A DNA stretch of 37,123 nt from contig CAJNYD010000105.1 in assembly GCA_905331295.1 (NCBI GenBank), positions 62,001 to 99,123 of the forward strand. Reading direction: 5' to 3'. The notes beneath the pieces were generated by a model that was not told where the DNA came from, searched no databases, and saw nothing but the letters and a program-made list of their open reading frames with translations. The stretch comes from Rotaria socialis. Lineage: Eukaryota. Positions 12,170-23,733 of this stretch are shown piece after piece (within the stretch, counting starts at the first letter, position 1; every line of letters starts with the position of its first letter). A program made the translations under genes and the position numbers.

Positions 12170-12666
12170 TGTTTTTTGTCTTTGGTGTTTTAGCATTCTT
12201 CTTAATGCGGTCTTATATTTTTGCGCCATTAAAATTCATGAAAAATCAGTAACTAAAAAAAAAAGAAATAAACCTTCGGAAATCTAGCAAAGAGAAAGTT
12301 ACGTTATGATACCTCTAATTCCAAATAATAAGCTTTATCTGATTATCTCAAGCTCTAAAAGAAGTGGTCTTATAATTATGCACCAGTCTGTATTAAATAT
12401 CTATAAAAAAAGTGAAAATTATTCTCGGTGAAGTAATTTACGTAGAAATCAACTATAAAAGAAATTTAAAAAAGGGTGTTTCATTGAGTTAAGAGGTTAG
12501 AAATTGTATTTTTTCTTGATATTAATCAACAATATATTAATTTTCGATACTTATTAGCATCTAGATCCGAATTAAATCTCAATTATAGAGAGCTTTTACA
12601 AGTAGAATTAATATTCACTTCGTAAGCTTTTAGTTAATTTAATTGAAGCGAAAAAAAGAAAATTAT

Positions 12667-13574
12667 TCATTTTGCAACGCCAAGATCAAGGTAAATCAGA
12701 TGTCGCTGTGGTAATAAATGTTTAATATATCGTTTATAGTCAAAAAAATCCGGTAAATTTCCAATTGATAAATTTTCATTTTTAATTAAAAAATTTAGTA
12801 AATCTTCTGATTCATTTTTATCTAAAGCATCTTCCATCGTTGACATTGTTTGAACAAACAATTTTTTATGCAAATAATTTTTATTATTTTGATCAAGTTT
12901 TTTAAAACATTTCAATAAATATTGTTCATCAGTTGGTTTATAATCATTATTAAGTAATTTAGGTATAATTACATCAGCAAAATCATAGAAATGAATTAAA
13001 TGATGTTCAACATCGATTTCTTCACGTTCAGAAGTACGTGATCGAGGATGAAAACGCATAGCTAAATATTTTAAAATGAAGGATTTTGTGTTTTTTATTC
13101 CGAATAAATCCTACCAAGAATTAATTCATTCATTTCATTGTGCGTCTATAAAACAAGAATAAAGTTTAGTATAGAAAATATTTTCGAACAAAAAGCAGAA
13201 CTTTTCCAACGCCTCCTTTCAGATTTATGACAGAATCTTATTTTAAAAATCAGACTTCAGCAGTAAAGATTTAAAAGAAAAACTAACAGGTACAAATCCG
13301 AGTGAATAAATTATATTATGCATATCACGATCGAATACAAAATTTGATAAATGAGATTCATATGTATGAAAAGATTCGATTAATTGTTGATAGATTTTCT
13401 CTAGATCAAAACCAATTCTGCGTTCAATTGGTAAAGTGGTAATAGCTTCACGTAAACCTACAACGATTGGATTATATTCTAGTACTGTTCGATACTTAAC
13501 TTGCGTGTTTCAACATTGAAACTATCAATATCGATTTTATCTTGTGAAATGATTCGATGCTTTTTTGTAGTCAT
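12667..13574 (-). CDS. EFCAB2: Divergent EF-hand protein resembling EFCAB2/DRC8 (dynein regulatory complex subunit 8), about 224 aa
   Basis: Exons 13574-13496, 13457-13288, 13145-13115 and 13061-12667. Motifs IIYSLGFVPTHNEMNELI, YKPTDEQYLLKCFKKLD and FDYKRYI parallel recalled EFCAB2 segments SLGCCPTEGEL, YRPIPEDVLLRAFEVLD and INYKDYI. The 5' end is uncertain because it needs a 38-nt intron. Confidence 0.75.
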
Positions 13575-16500
13575 AGAAATGAATTTTTTTTTCTAATTAG
13601 ATTGAAGCATTTTATGATTACTTCAGTCAAATCATTTCAATAAGATTATGATGGATTTTTAGGCCAGTGAGAGAATTGATTATTATCTTATGGAAAACGC
13701 ACATGTCAAAGCTTTAAAAAACAATGTGTTCTTGAAAGTTTAGATGCTCGATGTCAATGAGGAGAGTTAACCAGTGATTGGTATGGAAACGAAAGAAAAA
13801 TGTTCGGTTTGATCAATTATTTTATTGATTCAATTTCATTTTCAAGGATTTATTTTTCTTCTTGAACTTTTCATTTTGGTGCACGAGTAGTGAGATTTCA
13901 TTGAGTGATAGTCGCTGTTTAATCGTTCGAATATCTTTAATTGAATTAATTAGGTAAACAGATTTACTTGAAGGCAATCCTATCTGCATCAATTGTAACG
14001 ACTAAAAACATGAATTTATTGATTAGAAGCAAAGCGCGTGAAAATAATTTTTTTTTGAAAGTTCGAAATGATTCTATTTCAAGTTAAAACAAGAATACCT
14101 ATATTTTTTTAATGCTTCTCTAGTTAAAATTAAAGACTAACAAAAGAAAATATTTGTACCCGTCTTGTAAAAGCAGCTGAAAAAGGATTCAAAGAGAGTC
14201 AGATGACTCATTTTGATTAATCGAGTCACGTAGACATGAAATTTCAGTCCCAGATTAATAATTGAAAACGAAATACGAGAGTCACTTTCTCAGCAGATCG
14301 AAATAGAATGATGGGGTAAGAGTAAATAGATTCATAAAAAATCTAATCTATGTTTTTCTTACAATATTCTTTGTTTATTTTATGGAATTAGTTTTTAGAG
14401 TATTCCTGCTGAATCACTGTACTTTTCGTAGAAGACAAACAGTTGACTGACTTACAATGATGTCTAATTTGACATTTGATGAACGTATAAGACTGCTAAT
14501 ATACTCTTTACTTCCTAGATATTGGTTTAACGATAGCTGTGTCTATAATATTATACTTTTAATTGTATTGTACTTTATTCACACAGTTTCTAGTACATAG
14601 ATATGAACGAAGCAATGCATTTTGACTTAAACCTAACCTATGTCTATATTTGATCACCGAAAGATCTCCAACTCAGTATTTTTATGTGTAATAGATGAGT
14701 AAACCCATTTACAATTGTTTCTACTTGTTCTCTCATTTTATTTAGTATAAAAGTCTATTAATGTTCACTATTCATGCTATTCGTTTGTTCCTTGATCGAT
14801 ATAGTTACTTTTAAGAATTCTTTCATTCTTCACCTTGATTGTTATTGTAACATTTGTTAAATTTATTTATCCACTTTTTAAAAACGTGCGCCAATATAAA
14901 TAAATATCGATGTCCCTGATGTAACGTGAATATCTTCTCAGAAGTATCCAACCACAAATTCAGAATTATAGCTGCTTTGGTAATTAATTAACAATGATAA
15001 ATAATATCCTAAATATAGACTTATTCTAATTGAAAAAGAGATATTTGATTTGTAATCAGATATTTTAATTTTTAATGGATTGATGACTTTTTCCTTCACA
15101 AAAAACGCCTATAGATCGAGCAAAACAATATCGCTGAGTTCTTGAGGCCAATTGAACTCAGTTTCTCAATGATCTAGTAAAAAGCTGTCAGCGCAATCCC
15201 TGTGGGATTAAAATGTGAAGCATGATGATATTTATTTACTGAAATCCATCTAGCACGGTCTGTGAGTCTTTCCAGCTTTTCTGCCACTGTCTGTAATCAT
15301 ACATGGAGCCTTTCGGTCATGGCCTGTATTATTATCTTGAGGGTGTGGGCGTGGGTGGGCTCAATTTTCTACTCTATGCACTTCAGCACTCCTTTCAGAT
15401 CGTGTTTCACAAAACTACACAGCTATTCATACCGTTGATCTCTCTTGAGATGATACTAAAGTCATAGAAAAAAAGAGTAACAAAAAGAAATTTTGTGTCG
15501 GATGACTGTGTTTACAATTATTTAAGTAACAAAATTAAATCTTCCTCACGTTAACTATAGTCTATGGAATCATTCATAAGACGAAAATAAACATTCTATA
15601 ACAATCGAGTGCTTAACTAAATTGTATAATTAGTTATTCATAGAACAATGTTGACCTGGGGAAACATTGAAAATGTAACAGTGACATGCTTATAGTTAGA
15701 AACTTCTATGGATTATTAACTAAAAAAAAAATAAAGAAATGTTCGGAGCTTTTTGGCCGATCAAATTTTATAGAGCAGTGACACAATCGAAATGGTGACG
15801 CAGAAATAATTCCGGAAGATTGAATGGTCTCAAATTTTCAGCTGACTTCTGTGATTTTTTTCCATCGAAATGGTCAATGGAGAATGATCTACCAAAACGT
15901 TCTTCTCATGAAATTATGATTGCTCTTTTGAATGAACAATTATACTGATAAACTTCATCTTGAAGTACTATAAAAATCTACGTCGATTTCATTTGTATTT
16001 GGGACTTTACTTCGCGTAAAAAAACTTACTCTCTGACCTAAATTTAATAATAATAATATGTAAATACTGCGAGAGAGAGAAAAAAATTTTCTTTTATCGT
16101 TAAATAAATAATTGAGATGCATTTGTTCGAATTCATTGCATTTTATAATTTATATTGAAATAGGATCTCTAGTTTTCTCCTTCTTCTTTTTTATCTATTA
16201 AACTGAGATGCTGTTCAGGAGAATGATAAGCGTGCCTGCTATTAATACGAGTACTATTCTTTGATCTGTCATAAAAAAAAGTAATTTTACTCAAGAATTC
16301 TTATGCGAAATCGACAGCAAAGAAAGAAGAGTTCACATACAACTGATAGACATTAGCGTCTGTTTCTCAAAGTCTCTTTTCATCAAGTCCAAGATCGTGC
16401 CCCCGCTCCTCTTATATCAATCAAGTCTCTTTCTAATATGTCACCTGATGCCATAATGAATATCTGTAAGAAATATGGCTAAAAAGAGATTCAATACACA

Positions 16501-16913
16501 AATATTCTCGTGATTTACAGGAGTGGTTACATTATGTTTTACATTGTAATTCCGCAGGGTTTATACTAACAGCTTTTCAACAATGTTACAATAAAAGTTT
16601 TTTCAAGCTTTCAAAATTCAATCAATCAATCAATTCGTATATTTCATTCAGTGGCACACCTTTGTCGCTGTGGCCTTTTCTTTTTTTTTCTTGCTGCTCG
16701 ATGAAGAAAGAAATAAATTATTTGTTAGAATATTTTTTTTTCGGCATCCATAAATCTTCTTTAAAATATGTCACAATAAAACTATTCTTTTCTCTCTGAT
16801 TGTTACACGTTCTCATTCTTCATCATCGCTTCCAAGACACCGACCATATTTGTTCTTTTTTCGATTCTGTATTCTATTTGGCACAATCAACAGCATTTAT
16901 TTTACTTATTGAG

Positions 16914-18269
16914 ATGGCGACTACTACGACGAATAAATTAGACAACAGATTTCTCGGTTTACCAAAAAACAGAACAGGTTCTTTTCTAAATTGTTTTTAA
17001 ATGAAAAACAGTAACGAAGTTCGAAAATCTGCTCTGATCTAGGCCTTTTTGCTGCTGATACAATACAAGAAGTTAAATCCAATAGAAATCCTTACATAAA
17101 TGTTCCTCTTCTATCACCTCAATTTCGTCATAATACTTCAGCAAATGTCTTATTAGCATCAGCCGAACAGAATCTTCATCAATTACAACAATATCGATCA
17201 TCATCAAATGAAATTCAACAATATTATCCACTGGACGATGCTTCTCATAATAATATTGATTCTTCTAATGATTCTCGTTTAACTTTAAGTGGTATAAGAA
17301 ATGGTTTTCGTCCATCAACAGTACGTCATCAAAAGTCCCGATTATCAACAGCTACTCCACAACGAAATAGTGCTCATCATGAACATAAAGAGTCACTACC
17401 AAAAGCAGCCATAATGCAAGCGCACGCATCAGCAAAATTAAAATCCGAAATCGATCATATCAATAGCAAATTAAAAAGACATGAAGATTCGAGTAAACAT
17501 TTCCGTGCTCAAAGTAGTCGGGTATGACGAATCGCTTTGTTTTGTTTTTGTTTTTCTAAAGAAATCATAATCATATTGAATAAATTAATTTTAAATGAAA
17601 TCTTAGAAAAACTGCATGACGAATTTGGTCAAATATTTGCTTTTTCCATTTTGCTACTTACTTTCTTTCCAAGATTTGTTTGGCATTTCTAAGCTAAAAT
17701 TCATTGATTATTTGACCTTCTTTATTGATTAAGAACAACTTGATGATTAAATCTCTATTGTGTTTGTTATTCTAGTTCTCTTAGCAATTAGTTTCATTCT
17801 TTTAGGATTTAGATGGTACTCCACAAAGTGATTATTCTTACTCAACATCATGCCGTTTATCTTCTGCATCTACGACACTCTTAGCTGATCGCATCCATCA
17901 ACGTTTTTCGTCAGCTATAACATATGCGTCCCCAAATGTAGTTGCTACAATACCGTTAATAAATGAAGCATCTAATGAAACTGCACAAATGATTTCGACT
18001 ATGATTCCAATATCGTCAGCGTTAACTAATGAAATAGATAATAATCAACAAGATACAATAGAATATCAGCCAACATATGCATATCAAGTTCCACAGCAAT
18101 CTAATGTTGGTAGCGAAAGCGTTTTTCTACCTGAATCAGCAGTATTCTCGGCGAAAAAATCACGTTCAGCTAAAATCGATCGGCGTCCTAATGAATCGAA
18201 ACCTATATCATGTCCATTTTATGTTATGTATTTAACTAATTTAGCAATGCAACAACGACAGAATACAGC

Positions 18270-18309
<40 letters not shown>

Positions 18310-18606
18310 CATAACAATGAAAATCATTTGACACCCATGGGAATGTCATCTGTAACACGAAACGTTCCTATGAATTCACGTATCAGTACAGCTTATCCAA
18401 AAATTCAACCATTTCGAAGACCTGTAAACAGTCCGATCAGTGTGAATACTTATTCAACTATAGACGACGAAGATTTTGTTTCAAGTTCAACACCATTTAC
18501 TAATAGTAAGCGTTTATCAGCTAAAACGTCTACTGTTGACAATGAAAGTTCTCATATGTTACGAGATGTTCTTCGAACCTCATCATGGAATCATGTACAA
18601 ACATAA
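16914..18606 (+). CDS. Uncharacterised Ser/Asn/Gln-rich, probably disordered protein (3 exons, 447 aa)
   Basis: Exons 16914-16977, 17043-17521 and 17806-18606 join in frame (1344 nt) with GT-AG introns. No domain recognised; contains a poly-Asn tract. Confidence 0.8.
18271..18309 (+). repeat. Coding (AAT)13 microsatellite encoding poly-Asn
   Basis: 13 perfect AAT units in frame. Confidence 0.95.
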
Positions 18607-18776
18607 CAATTGATGTGTTTTCTTTTCAAATTTCTTTTTATTTCAAAAATAAGGTTTCTCTTCTCTCTTTTTTATTCCTTTTTACTAAAATTTTTCAATT
18701 GTCATTAGAACAATAGAAAACACACATAAAATTATTTTTGACGTGAATCATACAAAGTCTCTTCTATTTCCCAATG

Positions 18777-20466
18777 TTATGTTGATTCGCTTGTTGTCCC
18801 TGCTTGTTTTGATAATAATGCCGAATATTTATAAAATGGCTGTTGCGTTTGTCGATTCGACATTCGGCTTGTATTTGGTTGTAAGCTTGATCGATCCGAT
18901 ACGCTAATACGGTATGGCAAGCCTCCTCTTTCGACTCTTGAATTTGAATAATGACTTGCTGCTGAGATGGTTGATGCTCGTGCTTTATCTTGAAAACAAC
19001 ATGGTGCTAATGAAGGTAAAATAGGGATTATTAATACACAAATTCGGACTACCGAACGACGAAATTTATCACTGGTTAATAGATATAGGAAAAAATTAGT
19101 TGCATGTTGCAAATCACTTAATTGAAACATAATAACAGTTAGTATCGTTAGTCGTCGAAAACGTAACCACTGATAGTAATTATTCCCTGTTGGAAGTTTA
19201 TTGAAGCCATATGTAAGATCAAGTACAAAATAGATACTATTTGGTAATGTCAGTAGAAGGAAAACAACAGCAACTGCAAGTAACATTAGTGTTATATGGC
19301 GATGTCTCGAACGGATAACGTCTGTATTTTGATTACTGCGCATCTCAATAGCTTGATTTTCTAATTTTTTCTTGTGATATTGTTGTTGTAGTTTATTTAA
19401 ACGCATGCCATTTGAAACTAAAATTAAAAAAATTATTTATTTGATAAAATAAAAAAGAATATTATGGTAGCGCTAGGCTTCCAGCTAAAAATAGTCTTTC
19501 CGTTCGAATTCAATCATCAAAATAAATGACATCTACCATGCAAGATTTTCAGAAAGCTATTTTCGTAGCTATTATGAAGTTCTGTCAGACCCGCTAGGTT
19601 CTTTTCAAAATTTCTCGAAGTTGAATGTACTCATCTCGTGTTGACGTCTTTGCTTTTAATTGCTCAAACGTGTTGACATGTATACAATCAATTTTTATCT
19701 GTTTTTTTTTCCCAAATTTTCTACCTTGATTCTTTCGTAATTGCTTATCCATTATTTGTCGAATATTTTGATGTGCACCTTGCCGATTTTGATGTAGTTT
19801 ATATATAATTAAAACACTTAATGTTAATAGAAGTATAAAAGGCAACGAACACCATATGACGAAATCTACATAACGCCATATACGTTGTATTGAACCATAA
19901 CGCGTTCCATCATAATAACAAAAACGTTGTCTAGGGTATTTCGGATGTTTGAAACTATCGATAGTCCAAAAGTGATGGACGCAAATAATACTCGTGATAG
20001 CAGGAAGAAATATACAAACATATTTTGCTCGAGTTACAGTACAAAAATTCGATACTTTCAAAGGAAACCAAACAGCAAAAAATTTGTCAACTGTCATAAT
20101 GACCAGTATCCAAACGTTTGTATAGCCAAAAACATAGATAAGAAAGTAGAGTATTTTACATGATGCAGCATGAGCTGCAGCAGATGTAGAAAAATAAACG
20201 AGATTTTTTGTTAATAATACCAATGGATCAAGAACACTAAGGGCAAGCATAAAAAATGCTGTTGATGTTCCACGCATGTGATGGCTTCGTAACGCAAGAA
20301 ATGATAAACAATTCGATATAAGAGATACAGGTAAGATAATTAATGGTAAAGTTTTACGTAGAGCATCGGCTATCCATTTTTCTTTCCAACATTCTGATAA
20401 TAATTCATATGATGTTTCATTAGTTTTCAAGGAAGCATTACGACAAAAGTCTGGTGTATTACCCAT
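18777..20466 (-). CDS. Class A neuropeptide-type GPCR, FMRFamide/myosuppressin-receptor-like group (460 aa)
   Basis: Exons 20466-19725 and 19417-18777 (1383 nt). Seven hydrophobic segments, LALSVLD in TM2, MTVDKFFAVWFPL at the DRY position, FLLLTLP in TM6 and HATNFFLY in TM7. An acceptor AG directly precedes the ATG; a possible upstream exon ends near 22070. Confidence 0.92.
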
Positions 20467-21299
20467 CTAAAATAATATTATAATTGTAATTTTGTTGAAA
20501 AATGATAGAATTTTATCAAGGATTATATAACGCTGTCAAAAAAATATCAGCATATGTCATGTTTTTTTTCTTGTAATTGAGAAATGTTAGACATAGATAA
20601 TAATACTATATATATATATATATATAATTACATATACATATATTATTTTCAATCAATACGTCCGTCTACAGATATACATGTCAACAACGACACTGCTAAA
20701 GTATAAAATAGAATTTTTTTAATATTTATTTCTATTTCAGGAGATATTTGCCCTCGATTTTTCGATGAATTTTTATTGATAACCAAAAGAAGAGCTATTT
20801 CTAGCTACTATTTTTTTGTTTTCTCTTCCGCATGAATTCCTTCTTGTCTGATGATTGAAATTGTTTTCAAAAAAAGGAAATCACACTAATAATCTAACCG
20901 GTATGATTATGAGTGCATGCAAAATAGTTCAACTTTAGTCTTTACCCTCGGTGGAAAAAACTAGCTAACTTAGAAAAAACTACCTCATCTGTAATATGAC
21001 AAAAAAACTGTAGGCATCTGAGCTATGACGATTTAATCTAGTAGAAAAGTAGGAAAGATTCTCTACGGAATAGAGATAATACAATGAATAAACTATTTAA
21101 ATAATCCCCCGATGAATTCTACAAAAGTAAACTCATATTTGAATAGAAAGTAATATTATATTAACGGACCGAAAATAAAAAGATCATCAGCATATATATA
21201 TATATATATATATAAGAAACTTCTCCAAACGATGTATCTTCATACTATTGTTAATAAATTTCATTTCTGTTTAATATACAGATATATATATATATATAT

Positions 21300-21780
21300 G
21301 GTAGCTGTCAATATTGCATTACGTCCAATCTAGAATCTCATATTGGACTAGTCCAATGTCGGATCGTGAATTTGTTTTCGCAAAAGCCTTTATCAATCTC
21401 TAGTTCAATGTGCGATTCGAATTCTTTTTTGACTGATATGTTGGTGAGATGATACCGGAAACTTTTGAATCATCGCTGCGACAAGTGAGGATATATTGGA
21501 GCATTTGCATTAACTTTTTTTCTATTAGCTGTCGTTCTTAGAAATATCATTTATAATTTCATAGAGCACACCCTCATTTGATCATCAACGATTGAGTTAT
21601 CTCAATTGCCATCGTCCCAAGACCATACTAGAAAAATAAATTGAATCGCACTTGGACTAGAGATTGATAAAGATTTTTGCGAAAAAAATTCACGATCCGA
21701 CATTGTACTAGTCCAATATGAGATCCTAGATTGGCCTAGGCCAATCTAGGATTGAGCGCAATCCAACATTGGCCGCTAAC
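21300..21780. mobile_element. MITE with long (about 120-140 bp) terminal inverted repeats inserted in a (TA)n tract
   Basis: The left arm CCAATCTAGAATCTCATATTGGACTAGTCCAATGTCGGATCGTGAATT...TTTATCAATCTCTAGT matches the reverse complement of about 21645-21780. Both flanks are TA repeats and there is no ORF. Confidence 0.88.
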
Positions 21781-23733
21781 ATATATATAACTTGATCGTT
21801 AAGTACTTATATACAAGGACTCATTTAATGCATTTCTATATATATTGAAGTAAGTAAATATTTATTTTGTTTTTCCAACAAAAATAAAATTATTAACATG
21901 CAAAGAGCTTTCTCACAAAATTGCGAAGCGAAAAAACGCGAGTGAAATTTTCTGTACTACACTGAACTCAACTCACTTTAACAGAATTATATAATAATTA
22001 GATATTATTAGAAAATCTTTATATTTTCAGAAAATGACTTTAAAACTATATCAGACTTCATTTTCTTACCATTTCTTACTAGATATTGTATTAGCATATA
22101 TGTTTGTTGTCTTATCTTGGAATGATGTTAGTTGCAATACTTTCATAAACACTTGTGATCGGTTTGTCAGATAGAGGGAGAAAGATTAGACTAATGCGTA
22201 TTTCATTGTGTATTGAGGAGTCAAGAAAGCAAAAGAGAGAACTAACCATCAAGTAAAGAGAAGAAAATAGGAAGCGCGCACAAGAGAGAGAGAGAGAGAG
22301 AGAGAGAATGGGTTGAACCTTATGAAAGAGAAAGCAAAGAAAAAAAAGCATATCACGCAAACGGAAATTGTCAATGGCAGAACTCAACTTGGAGAAAATT
22401 CAATTAATAGAAAATTATGTCTTGCTCTCGTTCATATGTCATCATTAACAACGATTCACTATATGTTGTAGTATCGAAGCGTAAGATCTAGATGGTTCAA
22501 ATTGATTTTCTTTGCCTCTCTATCTATAAATTCATTCTGAATATTTGCAGCGATCCATAAAGTTGAGGATCTACTGTAAAAAAAATTGATTGAAGGCATA
22601 CATTACGGAAAAAGAAATTAGCCTTTCGAATTCTATAGAAAAATGCTATTTATATCATTTACTTACGCAGACCAATAGATTCCTAGATAGTAAAATAAGT
22701 ACTTTATCAAGTTCAGCAAGTTGCGTTGTTATTACTTGTACATCCTTGATAAAATAAGCAAAAGCTCATTGGAATATATTAATACTATTCTTCTTTCTTC
22801 TTTTTCTTATAAATAATCGAACCGTCTATTTATTCGAAGTATTGAAGAATATAATTTACACTATTCGAACAGCAAGTAAAGATTTTACAGTGACAAACAC
22901 CGGAAAAGGAAACGTTCATCAATCAGATTCAATCGAATCTACATCCTACCACCTATTCCTAAAGCAAAAAGCCAAACAACCTTTTAAACATATTTGTTCC
23001 CCGCCCTCAAGAAAAGAAAAAAAAAGTCATCAACTCATTGAAAAATGGACTTGAATGAACTTTTTACATCAACTCATCTATTCAACAGTAAAATGTTTTT
23101 TTCACATAGAAATAATAGTCTAACTTTAAACTTATCAAGTATTTCGTTATTATAGTAGAAAGAAAGAAAGATGTTTCTTTTTGGTAAATATTAATTTTGT
23201 TAATTGCAAAACAGGAAACTATTTTATGGTAAATGTCTAGTTCTTTCGAATTAAGCTGAGTGACAATAGCAGATTATAGAAGACAGATGCTGTACTCGTC
23301 AAAAGACAAGACCATTCATGATATAGTAATTGTAATAGTCAAATGTTGTCCTCATCAATACGACTAATTTCTATATTATTATGTCGTCTCTTTTCAATTG
23401 AACCTGGTTGATCAAGTTTAACCATGCAAAGATATCAATTATGTAAATTTTATTTATTGAACTAAAATGAATGACAAAAACTAAATATGTTTATACAAAT
23501 GAGAAGAACTGTTATTCCATATAAATATGATATTGCTTTTTCGAACAAGAATATATGGTGCACAACTATAGGAAAAAAATACAATTAGCTCATGTTTGAT
23601 TAAGATGAAGATATTGACAAGAAACAAAATAGTTCTGCTGTTTTGACGCGGATCAACGAACATCTGACAAAGAGCTCGTTGTTATATAAGATTATCGTCT
23701 CAAATAACAAGATACATATAGAATAGAATAATA

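Larger units (their letters stand above)
10010..12390 (+). mobile_element. Decayed Tc1/mariner (Tc3-like, DD34E) DNA transposon with nested insertions
   Basis: 29-bp TIRs, CAGTCTGGTGCATAATTATAAGGCCACTT and (reverse complement) CAGACTGGTGCATAATTATAAGACCACTT, with 2 mismatches. TA target duplication at 10008-10009 and 12391-12392. Internal transposase remnant. Confidence 0.95.
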
